DNA of 63,016 nucleotides, filler included, from Octopus bimaculoides (Eukaryota), in NCBI RefSeq assembly GCF_001194135.2. It is 5 parts of 5 records of this genome, joined end to end, with 100 filler letters (N's around TTAATTAATTAA, not from the genome) between each part and the next. Parts side by side here need not be neighbours in the genome. Positions count along the whole stretch, not along the records: positions 1 to 28,976 come from NC_068981.1; 4 more parts are not named here. One strand, 5' to 3'. A program made the translations under genes and the position numbers. The notes beneath the pieces were generated by a model. The model had not been told where the DNA came from. It did not search any database and saw nothing but the letters and a program-made list of their open reading frames with translations. Shown here in pieces: positions 1-11,650 of the stretch; the first letter of the stretch is position 1, and each line of letters opens with the position of its first letter.

Positions 1-321
1 GGTGTTTGTATGTGTGTGTACATATGTATGCAAATATGCGTGTGTGAATATGATTTGTGGTTGCCGGAGTGGTGTGTAGGTGTGTGCATGTACCTGTTTA
101 CGTATGTGTGTATGGGTGTTGGTTGTGGTTGCTACAATTGTATTGTAAGTGTATATATGCATGTGCTTTTTCTTGAAATGTATGTGGGTTTGTGCTCTAG
201 TGTGGAGATATTGTGATTGTGTGTGTGTGTATATGTGTGTAAGTGTGTTCGTGTCGGAGGTTTGCATTGTATTGGTGTGTGTGTGATTTTGCGTATCTGT
301 GTGTCTTTGTTTTGGGTGTGC
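1..321. repeat. Degenerate GT-rich microsatellite/low-complexity tract
   Basis: Interrupted (GT)n/(GTAT)n sequence; the ORFs at 10-216 and 132-323 are C/V/Y or H/T low-complexity artefacts. Confidence 0.85.
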
Positions 322-534
322 ACCTGGAGAAAAATAAAAAATCCCTTTTAACTCTCCCTTCCTCCCACCCAAGCTAGCCAGTCATACTGTCTCTTAAGAC
401 AGCAAAACATTCCCTCAATACACACAAGAGAAAAAAGCTAGGTCAGTTCCTCCTCAACTTTTTCCGAACTCTTAAATATATTTCCTGGGTATATATATAC
501 ATATTTTACCAAATTCTTTTTGTTATAACAACGC

Positions 535-860
535 TGTAAACTGTTTCAAACATATTCTTATTATTATTATCAAAGAATGTATATATATATTTTGATACTT
601 AAACTGTTTCTAAGATTTTCTATTATTATCAAAGAATATGTATATGTATGTTTCCATATATGTATTTTCATACTTACACTGTTTTTAACATTTTCATCTT
701 ATTATCAGAGAATGTGTGATAATCAGTATGTAACACTACAAAGTTCATACAAAGCTTTATACTTTAAATATATTCGTCTTATTATCATCAAAGAATGTAT
801 ATATGCATTTTAATACTCAAACTGTTTTTTAACATTTTTTATTATTCTCAAAGACTTTTG
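535..860. repeat. Degenerate AT-rich minisatellite, about 5 units of 60-90 bp
   Basis: The motif AAACTGTTT..AACATTT..TATTATTATCAAAGAATGTATAT recurs near 538, 600, 678, 780 and 820. Confidence 0.7.
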
Positions 861-934
861 ATAATCTTTTTCTAAAAAAGTGAAACCGGTTAAGTAAATA
901 AATATCTTTAAAATAAGTGCATTTTCAAACCTTC

Positions 935-990
<56 letters not shown>

Positions 991-1569
991 GTGTGTTAGT
1001 GTTTTCTATCCTTTAGAAAATTGTCAAGAACCATTTTCCAAGTGTCCTATTGTAAAATGTCGTAGAACATAACTACTATATTCATTGTCTTTAATGTATT
1101 TTTATCACTATATATATATATAATATTTATTACTTTGTTACTGTTCCATTATTATATCATTTCTGACTGTTTATTTAATTATCTTTAGGTTCAGGAAAAT
1201 TTTATTTCTGAGGAAACGAAACTTCCGTGACTGTTGGTCGATGGGGATCACCCACAGTGACAGAGTCACACATACGTACAAACACTCAGACATACAAACA
1301 TATGTTAATACACAAATTAGAAGACGAAAAATATACTCGTATTAATATCATGCTCTGGTTCTTAAAAAGCTATAAATAATAGACCACAATAATATATCAG
1401 ATAAATAACCCTTTGACAAGTAAACGTTGTTACAAGAATCGAACCATGTCTCATACAAGCACATATGTGTATATACATGTACAAACGAATCTGCTTCATT
1501 GCATTAAAAGATACAGATGCTACTTAAAGAAAAATACTCACAAACAACATACCTCACGATTATAAGCAC

Positions 1570-2140
1570 AATATTCAACAAACAATTCGAAAGTATGAGG
1601 GTGACTAGCTAGTTGGTTTCTGAAGTCATTCAAAAAACGAAGAAAGGAAGCCATGTTGCTGGCATGAAGAACATTTGTGCTCAGTCGCCTAGATTAACGC
1701 TCCCGTTTATGATCGCAACACATCGTCAAACTAGTGAGAGAACACGAAGCAATCCAACATCACTGTGCCTGGAAGATTGTATCAGTGCAACAGATAAACT
1801 ACTACATGAGGCTAAAGAAGTTGAGGCTCTACTCCCTGGAATTAAAATTCGAAAGATATGCAAGAAGTTCTAGACCCAACTTTGAAGTTGAAGGCTATAC
1901 TAATCACCGAATTTGATGCCATTGCATTATACGAAAGACGCAGCCGTACTTTAACAGCTTAGTGTTCAAAGGCCTACAACTTTTCAATAGATTGCCAAAT
2001 CACATTATAGATCTAGGAGAGGTAGAAGTGGATGTGTTCAAACAAATTTAATCAACCTAATTTATTATCTAATATACCAGATCAATTCACATCATACGAG
2101 GGAGCGCAAAGAAGGGCAGCTCTGTTCAGCTTACCACTTC
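1570..2140 (+). mobile_element. LINE 3' fragment (CR1/L2-like ORF2 C-terminus), degenerate
   Basis: One frame reads RTFVLSRLD*RSRL*S...EAIQHH..KIVSVQQINYYMRLKKLRLYSLE..ERY, then YFNSLVFKGLQLFNRLP...DVFKT...IPDQ...QRRAA. This matches the post-RT tail of CR1/L2-group LINEs (FVLSRLDYCSQLWSP; YWERLKKLKLYSLERRRERY). Stops and deletions are present. Confidence 0.8.
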
Positions 2141-2265
2141 ATAAGGACCAGAAAGTGAGCCTAAAATAAACAAGCTTAGCGATAATGCTACCGCCTCTCT
2201 AGTTGAAACTAACAGAATAACAAAATAATGGATGTACATATATGCATACATGCATGCATATATAA

Positions 2266-2358
<93 letters not shown>

Positions 2359-3014
2359 CATACATGCATACATGTATATATTCATATACTCTCTGTTTTT
2401 NNNNNNNNNNNNNNNNNNNNNNNNNNNNNNNNNNNNNNNNNNNNNNNNNNNNNNNNNNNNNNNNNNNNNNNNNNNNNNNNNNNNNNNNNNNNNNNNNNNN
2501 NNNNNNNNNNNNNNNNNNNNNNNNNNNNNNNNNNNNNNNNNNNNNNNNNNNNNNNNNNNNNNNNNNNNNNNNNNNNNNNNNNNNNNNNNNNNNNNNNNNN
2601 NNNNNNNNNNNNNNNNNNNNNNNNNNNNNNNNNNNNNNNNNNNNNNNNNNNNNNNNNNNNNNNNNNNNNNNNNNNNNNNNNNNNNNNNNNNNNNNNNNNN
2701 NNNNNNNNNNNNNNNNNNNNNNNNNNNNNNNNNNNNNNNNNNNNNNNNNNNNNNNNNNNNNNNNNNNNNNNNNNNNNNNNNNNNNNNNNNNNNNNNNNNN
2801 NNNNNNNNNNNNNNNNNNNNNNNNNNNNNNNNNNNNNNNNNNNNNNNNNNNNNNNNNNNNNNNNNNNNNNNNNNNNNNNNNNNNNNNNNNNNNNNNNNNN
2901 NNNNNNNNNNNNNNNNNNNNNNNNNNNNNNNNNNNNNNNNNNNNNNNNNNNNNNNNNNNNNNNNNNNNNNNNNNNNNNNNNNNNNNNNNNNNNNNNNNNN
3001 NNNNNNNNNNNNNN

Positions 3015-3056
<42 letters not shown>

Positions 3057-3167
3057 ATACATACATATACACACAAACACACACATATATATATACATTC
3101 ATACGTACATTCATGCACACCACGTAGACACATATATAAATACATACATACATACATACATACATTC

Positions 3168-3895
3168 CTTGTCTGATAACCTTGAATATATTCCCAAAGA
3201 AGTCGCACAACTGCATCGAAACGTATCATCAGATGAAAGGATGAGCATATATGCGCAGAAGACTATGCATGGATATGTTAGTAGAAAGCTCCGAGATGAT
3301 AGTAACATGGATCATCAAAGCAGTTTATCATGGATCAACGACCAGATTACTACTTCCTGCGTTGAAGGGTATGCATTTGCAATCCAGGAACAAGAAATCA
3401 ATCAGATACCTGATGCACAAATGGGATAGAGATGCAGGAAAAGCAGTAAAATGTGACAATTGATGCAGAATTTGTGGAGTTCATACTGAAGATAACACCC
3501 ACCTCATAAGCAATTGTCCGAAAATGTCATCACGGTATTATCTACTGATGAGACATGATGTTGTAGCTAGGACACTCAGTAATGAAATCCGTCGGAAAGA
3601 ACCCTGAGGACAAAGAAATAAGAACCCACAGTATGGTAGAAGCCATAGCCACTCATAATACAAAAGAATACTGGTAGAATGCCCCAGTGAAGACCTCAAT
3701 AAAATTTAAGCACAACAGACTTGATATAATGATCTGGGATTGAGAAGAGAAACTGTGTACAGTTGTGGAAGATCATTGAAAAAGAGAACACCTACGCTGA
3801 TCTATTGAGATATTTGCAGTTACTCTATCCAGATTACAAGTTCAGGTTAATACCTATAATTATTGGAGTCCTGGGATATATAAAAATATTAACTA
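3168..3895 (+). mobile_element. Non-LTR retrotransposon 3' fragment with CCHC knuckle and restriction-like endonuclease (R4/Dong-like), degenerate
   Basis: Translation across stops and frameshifts gives EGYAFAIQEQEI...CRICGVHTEDNTHLISNCPKMSSRYYLLMRHDVVA (C-x2-C-x8-H-x4-C plus RHD), then KHNRLDIMIWD*EEKLCTVVE...KENTYADL...IPIIIGVLG (PD-(D/E)xK-type endonuclease). Confidence 0.85.
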
Positions 3896-3910
3896 AGAGC
3901 AGCAGGCACT

Positions 3911-4174
3911 CTTTTAGTTGTTTCAGTCATTTGACAGTAGCCAAACTGGAGCACCGCCTTTAGTTGAGTAAATCGATCCCAGGACTTATTCTTTGTTAGC
4001 CTAGTACTTATTCTATCGTTCTCTTTTACCGAACCGGGCTTCTTTCTCACAAGGCTTTGGTCGGCCCGAGGCTATAGTAGAAGACACTTGCCCAAAGTGC
4101 TACGCAGTGGGACTGAACCCGGAACCATGTGGTTGGTAAGCAAGCTACTTACCACACAGCCACTGCCACGCCTA
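3911..4174 (-). mobile_element. SINE family A, internally deleted copy
   Basis: The reverse complement has the tRNA-like head (GTGGCTGTGTGGTAAG...GGTTCCGGGTTCAGTCCC) fused to the family tail (AATAAGTCCTGGG...GGCGGTGCTCCAG...AAATGACTGAAAC). Confidence 0.85.
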
Positions 4175-4823
4175 TGGTACTTTGTCATTGAAATATATAT
4201 TGATTAGTTAAAATGTTTAATGTAACTGAATTTAATGTTTCGATGGCTGACAATGCGAATTCATAGCAAATCTTCAAATGTTATAAATGAAATGATTTAT
4301 TAGATTTGGTTGAACATTTTAATGTAATCCCTATTCCCATTTGTGAATAAGTAAACCCGTTTTTAACTTGTTAACCATCAGATAACCTATGCGGTTGGGT
4401 CTGCGCAAATTATGCCAAGACACATTGAGTAAGGGTTTTAAAGGGATTAAATCAGATACGTGGGTCACAAAGAGACTACAAGTGTGCAGATGACTTGATT
4501 AAGATTAGCTACAAATTAAGATACATTTCTGATGAATAGATTACTTATGGAAAACACCGCGTATCTATGTATACATTATCTCCCTAGCTCTAATATTTAG
4601 ATTGTAAATAGGAAGGAAAATTGGTTAGTGGTAGGGTGTATACATAAATATATTTAATTTAGTTTTGTCCGTTTCCAAGCTTGAATAAATTAGTTGAATT
4701 TATTTTTGAAGTTTTGTTTTACAGACGGATGCCCTTCCTGTTGCTAACCATTTTCAAGTTAAGCATGTTTTTATTTCACACGCACGTAGTGACTGGATAA
4801 CGCGAATGTAAACGCATCTGTAT

Positions 4824-4858
<35 letters not shown>

Positions 4859-5184
4859 NNNNNNNNNNNNNNNNNNNNNNNNNNNNNNNNNNNNNNNNNN
4901 NNNNNNNNNNNNNNNNNNNNNNNNNNNNNNNNNNNNNNNNNNNNNNNNNNNNNNNNNNNNNNNNNNNNNNNNNNNNNNNNNNNNNNNNNNNNNNNNNNNN
5001 NNNNNNNNNNNNNNNNNNNNNNNNNNNNNNNNNNNNNNNNNNNNNNNNNNNNNNNNNNNNNNNNNNNNNNNNNNNNNNNNNNNNNNNNNNNNNNNNNNNN
5101 NNNNNNNNNNNNNNNNNNNNNNNNNNNNNNNNNNNNNNNNNNNNNNNNNNNNNNNNNNNNNNNNNNNNNNNNNNNNNNNNNNNN

Positions 5185-5217
<33 letters not shown>

Positions 5218-5219
<2 letters not shown>

Positions 5220-5375
5220 GAGAATGTACGAGAAAGAACAATAACAGACGAGGACAGGTGGTGTAAACAACAAAAGGATGTATTAGTTTGACGCTCGGGA
5301 ATACAGAAAGTCTTTAGCGTTTCGAGCTACGCTCTTCAACAGAAAGAATACGGAGAAAACAAGGAGAAAAATACA
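5218..5375 (-). mobile_element. Penelope-like element terminal-repeat relic with hammerhead-like core
   Basis: Abuts (TA)n. The minus strand reads CTTT-CTGTTGA-A-GAGC GTA GCTC-GAAAC-GCT-AAAG, the layout of minimal hammerheads in Penelope-like terminal repeats. Confidence 0.5.
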
Positions 5376-5392
5376 TATATGGTGTGTATATC

Positions 5393-5603
5393 TTTGTGTT
5401 TGTGCTTGTCCCCACATCACCGCTTGACAACCGGTGTTGGTGTGTTTACGTCGTCGTAAACTAGAGTTTCGGCGAAAGGGGCCGATGGAATAAGTACTGG
5501 GCTTACAAAGAATAAGTCCTGGGGTCGATTTCTTCGACTAAAACCCTTCAAGGCGGTGCTCCAGCATGGCCGCAGACAAATGACTGAAACAAGTTAGAGA
5601 ATA
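5393..5603 (+). mobile_element. SINE family A, 3' half
   Basis: CCGCTTGACAACCGGTGTTGGTGTGTTTACG...AATAAGTCCTGGGGTCGAT...GGCGGTGCTCCAGCATGGCCGCAG...AAATGACTGAAACAAG, matching the full copy at 47714-48124. Confidence 0.9.
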
Positions 5604-5607
5604 TGTA

Positions 5608-5681
5608 TATTCTGTTATTCTTTTACTTGTTTTAGTCATTTGACTGCGGCCATGCTGGAATACTACCTTGAAGGGTTTTAG
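5608..5681 (-). mobile_element. SINE family A, 3' tail fragment (inverted relative to the neighbouring copy)
   Basis: TATTCTTTTACTTGTTTTAGTCATTTGACTGCGGCCATGCTGG is the reverse complement of the family tail. Confidence 0.85.
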
Positions 5682-7171
5682 ACCTATATGCATGTAAAGA
5701 CACATACACACATCTATTTATGTATGTATGCATGTATGTTTGTGTGTATATATATGTGCAAAATGAGGAAATCAGTGAACCAGTGACATCAGTTTGGACA
5801 ACGAAAACGAATTAAGGCATTTTAAATAACATTTAAGATGAATCCTTAATTTATAGAACCTCGCTTTCAGAAAAACCAACCACCTCTTCTGAGTCCTAAA
5901 TATATCGTTACATAATTCAATTTATCTCTATATTTCGCATATATAAGCCTTTGCTTATTTAAACTTTTTTTTATTTGTGATCTCTCTCTACCCCCCCTCT
6001 CTCTCTCTCTCTCTCGTTCTCTTTCTTTCTCACACTTCCCTTACACATATATATTTGTATACACATATGTATGTGTGTATCTGTGTTCATACAAAACGGA
6101 GAAACAGAACTCCATATGTAAAATAAGAAATATACATGTATGTGTGCGTTTGTATACATGCACATACATATATATGTACGTATATATGTGTGCGTGTGTA
6201 TGCATATATATGTGTATGTGTGTATATGTGTAAGTATGCCTGTGCTTGTGTGTATATATGGTTATTTACAAACTGTAAAAGTACGTTAGTAACTAAAGGG
6301 CTTAGTGTTTCGTGCAAAGCACTGATCAAAAGTTTGTTAAGTGCTTTGCAAGAAACTCGAGGCTCTTGAGTTGCTTACGTAATATTAAAAGTATCATGTG
6401 TATGTATATGTGTGTGCGCGTGTGAGCCAGTGTATGTGTGTATGTGTGCGTGTGAACCTGTGTATGTGTGTTTGTGTGTGTGTGTGTGTGTGTAGGTATG
6501 TATGCATGCATTGCTTTGTGTCTGCTCGTGTATATCCTGCGTACGTAACCAATAAATTTTGTTTACGTACACGCAAACGTATAGTTTGATCATTAAATCT
6601 TGAATAAATAATGATTTTCGTGTCAAAGAGTGCTTGAACTGGAAGGACAATCCAAATGAATGTATGTAATTCCTGTGAAGCGTCTATGCTGGCCAAAACA
6701 AGTAAGTTTACATTGAAGAAGTATAAATTAAGAGAGTAGTTGGAGAAGGTAGTGAGAATTGGATTTCGATAGGTGGAGAAATACATAAAAAACAGTAAAT
6801 AATGGTTGCGGTTCTTTGTTAGAAAGAATGCGAGAAAAATGACGAGGAGTAAATGGCCTGAAAGAATAGACAGAGAAAAATCTCAGATAAGAAAGAAGCA
6901 GAAGAAACCGAAATAAAAAGTGAGTAAGAGATAGTCGCAGGTTAAGCGAGGTTAAAAATGTCTGTTGAAAATTAGGAATAAGAGTGTAATAATAAAGCGG
7001 TCAATAACCCCACACACACACACACATATCAGTCACCCATGCATACCAGCCTCCTCTCTCCTCTCCACTAACTACCGCCATAACCCTTTGTCTTTTTCTC
7101 TATCACTTTCTATCTAAATGGTTCACTACCTATGTACCTATCTATCTCAACAATGCATACACATTACTTCC

Positions 7172-7490
7172 GGTACCATGGGCAACTCTTTTCTACTATA
7201 GCCACGGGCCGACCAAAGTCATGTGAGTGGATTTGGTTGATGGAAACTGAAAGAAGCCCGTCGTGCATATATATATGTGTGTTTGTGTGTCAGTGCTTGT
7301 CCGCCACAATCGCTTGACAACCAATGTTGGTGTGTTTAAGTCCCCGTAACGTAGCAGTTCGGCAAAAGAAAAACCAATAGAATAAGTACTAGCCTTACAA
7401 AGAATAAGTCCTGGGGTCGATTTGTTCGACTAAAGGTCGTGCTCCAGCATGGCCGCAGTTAAATGACAGAAACAAATAAAAGAATAAAAA
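7172..7490 (+). mobile_element. SINE family A, 5'-truncated
   Basis: TACTATAGCCACGGGCCGACCAAAG...GGAAACTGAAAGAAGCCCGTCG, then an internal TA/GT microsatellite, then the family 3' half. Confidence 0.9.
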
Positions 7491-7554
7491 ATATATATAT
7501 ATATATAAATGTGTGTGTGCGCGCGCGCGTGTAGGAAAGGCAAAGGCTGATACA

Positions 7555-7705
7555 GCTTTGCACCAGTGACGTCACAACTAATTTCTACAGCTGAGTGAAC
7601 TGGACCAACCTGAAACAAAGTGTCATGCGCAAGAATATAACCCAGCCCAATCCGAGAATCGAACTCACTTCTTCATGATTATGATTGTGACGCTCTAAAT
7701 ACGCC
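7555..7705 (-). mobile_element. Degenerate SINE family C-like head and core
   Basis: The reverse complement has a B-box-like GAGTTCGATTCTCGG followed by a core resembling GTCCTTGAGCAAGACACTTT...CCAGTCCACTCAGCTG, as in the copies at 51262 and 59257. Confidence 0.5.
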
Positions 7706-7719
7706 TCTATTCACAAACA

Positions 7720-7755
<36 letters not shown>

Positions 7756-7971
7756 AATATATATATATATATGTACGCACACACGCTTATATAAGTACGC
7801 ACACACACACATATATGTACACACACACACAATTACACAGAATGGAAGGGAGAGAATGATAGGAAGTAATGTGTATGTATTCTTGAGATAGATAGGTACA
7901 TAGTGAACTATTTAGATAGAAAGCGATAGAGAAAAAGATAGAAGGTGATGGTGATAGTCAGAGGTAAAGTA

Positions 7972-8191
7972 CGAGGGAGGGGCTGAAAATTTCTGGCTTT
8001 GGGTAAAAAGAAAATACAGGAGGATCAGTTGATTATGGTGTTTTTGAACATATGCCTCTCTTAGATCTACACACTAATTGCAGTGGTCCTTCAGTATTTT
8101 TCAGCCCTGTAAAAGAACTCGAAAAGTTGGACCTCGAACCAGGATTTTTTGCGATACTCTTAAAGCTAGGAATTTTGCAGTGACCCACTCG
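7972..8191 (-). mobile_element. Mariner-derived MITE (220 bp) with TA target duplication
   Basis: Imperfect ~30-bp TIRs (CGAGGGAGGGGCTGAAAATTTCTGGCTTT / AAAGCTAGGAATTTTGCAGTGACCCACTCG) flanked by TA at 7970-71 and 8192-93. The minus strand retains a transposase C-terminal relic, LKDHCN*CVDLREAYVQ. Confidence 0.8.
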
Positions 8192-9026
8192 TAAGAAATA
8201 ATAACTAAGTCGTTGTTGAAAGAGATTGAGAAAGATATATATAGAAAGAGTAAGAGAGAGAGAGAGAGAGAGAGAGAAAGAAGGACAAAAAGAGAGAAAA
8301 AGAAAGAGTGTGTTCGCGTGTGATTGAGATGAAGAAAGAAACAAAGTAATACATGTGTCCATGAGAGATAGAGAAAAAACCAGAAGCAGAGGGAGTGAAA
8401 CAGATGTAGGGTTAAAGAGAACGTGCGTGTAGAAATGTGAGACAGTGAGCAAGTAGAGGGTGGTGAGGAGAAATGGGAAATAAAAGATAGCGACAAAGAT
8501 ATCTTGGAAGTTTGCTTGAAAGAGGATAGTGTATGTGTGTATGTGTGTGTATGTGCATATGTGTGTATGTTTGCGTTGGCGCGCGTGCATGTAAAACACT
8601 TGTGTCCATTCGTGTGGATTTGTATAAGATTGAGATAGTGTTTGTGCTACAGACAATGTGCCGAGAGCTAGAGCCAATGTGCCGAGCGTGAGAAAATAAC
8701 TGGATGGGTTAGAAGAAAAGGTAACTAAGAAAATGAAAAAGAGAAAAAGAGACAGAGGGAGAGAAAGACAGAAAAAGAAAGACAGAAAAAGAAAGAAAGA
8801 GTTAAGAAGAGTACGATGAAAATCAGAAGTGAAGAGGTGTCTGACAAAAAAATAAAAACAGGAGCGAAATGTCTTAAAATAAAGAGAAAGGTGAGCTATA
8901 GTAATATAATTTAAAATGAGATAAAGCAAGAAATGGTGGAAAGAGAGATTCCGAGCAGTGAATACGTTCTGTGTTCTCTCGTTGAAAAATCAATCCAAAG
9001 AGATAAGAACGTGTTGTAGTTAGTTT

Positions 9027-9192
9027 AACCGCCTGATAACCGGTGTTGGTTAGCGGTTCGGCAAAAATGATGGTTAAAATAAATATCAGGCTTTAAAGAA
9101 AAAACAGGTACTGGGATCGATTCGTTCGACTAAAATACTCCAAGGCGGTGCCCCAGCATGGCCAAAGTCTAATGAATGAAACGAGTAAAATA
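9027..9192 (+). mobile_element. SINE family A, 3' fragment
   Basis: TGATAACCGGTGTTGG...AGCGGTTCGGCAAAA...GGGATCGATTCGTTCGACTAAAA...GGCGGTGCCCCAGCATGGCC. Confidence 0.85.
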
Positions 9193-9419
9193 TAAATACG
9201 ACGGGCTTCTTTTTCAGTTTCCGTCTACCCATCGGGTGGTTTTTAAGCTAGCTCCTGTGGAGGGCTCTTCATTAGGCCTTGGATCCAACAATGACACTTC
9301 CTGTATTGAATACATATCAAATTTTATTAAACTTGAACAATATTTTTCAAGCAATGGACAATTTTCTTTAAAACAATGATATAATTTGTCGACTTGGAAC
9401 TTATTGCAAAGCTGCATGA

Positions 9420-9690
9420 TAAACAACAGTACCACCGCCATCGCCACTACATCTGCCATACATACTTCTGACGCCACCACCATCAATACCTTTGACTTTA
9501 CCGCCTTCTCCTCCACCACCATCACCATTGTCTTTCACATTGCTTACACTCACCGTCATCCCTGACCGCCACGGCTACCACCACCACCACCACCACCACC
9601 ACCACCACATCACCATCATCACTGCCGCCTCTGCCTCTATCACAACTACAGCTCATACTATTACTATCACCACATTACCATCAGACGTGA
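9420..9690. repeat. Degenerate (CAC)n/(CAT)n trinucleotide tract
   Basis: CACCACCAC/CATCAC runs; the His/Thr-rich ORF at 9492-9716 is an artefact. Confidence 0.8.
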
Positions 9691-10525
9691 ATAAAGTAAA
9701 AAAAAGCGTAGAATGATTTACTGATAACATCTTTACGCGAGTTTCAGTGAGTGTTACATAATGAGTGCTTAAAATCATTTTACATAATTTTTACGAGTAC
9801 ATTAGCCGTAAAATATCATGGAACAAATGGATGACTCATTGATTATAAATCGTGTGCTTTAATATGTATTTTAGTAACATTACATACACATGCGCCCGCA
9901 TACACATACACACACGCACACACTCACAGAAACACATACATATAGATAATTACTTGTGAGAGAAATTTTTGTACTAGAAGAGAGGTTAATGTTGATATCT
10001 GCATGAACTTATAGTCGATTTAGACGTCTGTAGTAAGTGATTGATACTTATATTATTGATCTTCTTGGAGAAGTTAAAGGCAATGTTAACCTAGTAGACA
10101 TTGTCATTGAAAGACCATAGAGTTCTGTACTTAAGATTAGAAGTGCATAGTCCAAAGCCCTGTCTCAATAATAAATGTAACTCTGTTAATGACAATTTTC
10201 ACATAAGTATAATGACAGAGAATTGATAATATAACAAAAGGAAAATACTTTTCACAGAATCCACTTATTTTTCTATGCAGTAACATATTTAACGTAGCCG
10301 GCCAATAAATTTTCAGTAATAAAAGTTTTCTTGGTACAGGACATTATTTATGCTATAACCGAACTTACCATTTAGCCCTTGTTTTTTTCTTCTTTTTTAT
10401 GATTCACTCCGGTGTGCTTAAGTTTTTTTAGGTCTCTATGTTTTAAATCGAAACTGTAGAATATCAAGATTAATTCTGGTTGATGCTGTTGATGTTGTTG
10501 TTTTAACTGCATGTTAGCCCTAATT

Positions 10526-10913
10526 CCGTGGAGGCGCAATGGCCCAGTTGTTAGGGCAGCGGACTCGCGGTCATAGGATCGCGGTTTCGATTCCCAGACC
10601 GGGCATTCTGAGTGTTTATTGAGCTAAAACACCTAAAGCTCCACGAGGCTCCGGCAGGGGATGGTGGCGAACCCTGCTGTACTCTTCCACCATAACTTTC
10701 TCTCACTCTTTCGTCCTGTTTCTGTTGTGCCTGTAATTCGAAGGGTCAGCCTTGTCACACTGTCACGCTGAATATCCCCGAGAACTACGTTAAGGGCACA
10801 CGTGTCTGTGGAGTGCTCAGCCACTTGCACGTTAATTTCACGAGCAGGCTGTTCCGTTGATCGGATCAACTGGAACCCTCAACGTCATAAGCGACGTAGT
10901 GCCAACAACAACA
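10526..10913 (+). mobile_element. Full-length SINE family C (tRNA-derived, OR-type) with 10-bp TSD
   Basis: A-box TGGCCCAGTTGTTAGG, B-box GGTTTCGATTCCC, tail GATCAACTGGAACCCTC...GACGTAGTGCC(AAC)n. Flanked by AGCCCTAATT (10516-10525) and AGCCCTGATT (10913-10922). Confidence 0.9.
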
Positions 10914-11601
10914 GCCCTGATTGAATAGACCTGTGATGTAAAATGTTTTACAACTTTGACCAACCAGTTTCTTCTTTAGATAGGTGAAATAAATACTCTA
11001 GACGCTTCCCCTCCACGTAGAAACTGCAGGAGCTACTTGAAGGTATTGCAAGCCTTTCTTCTAGTGGTGACCAAGGCCATCGCAATGCTGGAAAAAGCTT
11101 CTGTAGCGTAACCGGTATCTCAGAGTCACCGGCGTTTCGCTCTTTAGCCTGTACTCCCTGTGAAGACGTTATCTAAAGCGGAATGGTAGGATATTACGGA
11201 AATTTGGCTATTGTTTCTAGCAGATTGTGCAGCGAGCATGTAGAGGCTCCACGTTGGGGTGTATAAATCACGTTTATTTCCTTGGTGTTGAGTTAAGCGC
11301 TTTAAAACAGTTGGCTTTATCCTTTAAATTTCTAGATAGGGGTTTTCTGGCACAAGTTAGAAGAGTTCGTTTCTTCCCATCGGGATTTTACAACTGACGG
11401 TTTTGAGAGCATACTGAGTACATGCATGCATGTATGAATGCATGTATGAATGCATGTATGTATGTATGTATGTATATATGTATGTATGTATTATGTATGT
11501 GTGTATGTATGCATGTATGTATATATTTATATGTAAGCATGTGTATGTGTGAGAGAGAAAGAGAGAAAGTGTGTGTGTGTGCGTGTGTGTGNNNNNNNNN
11601 N

Positions 11602-11650
<49 letters not shown>

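Noticed and set aside
1613-1873. 86-aa ORF MVSEVIQKTKKG...
   Set aside because: Wrong frame of the CR1/L2-like relic; the homologous frame is the overlapping one.
8012-8182. Open plus-strand frame NTGGSVDYGVFEHMPLL... with a downstream GTAAG
   Set aside because: Lies wholly inside the mariner MITE; the GTAAG overlaps the TIR end and TA duplication.
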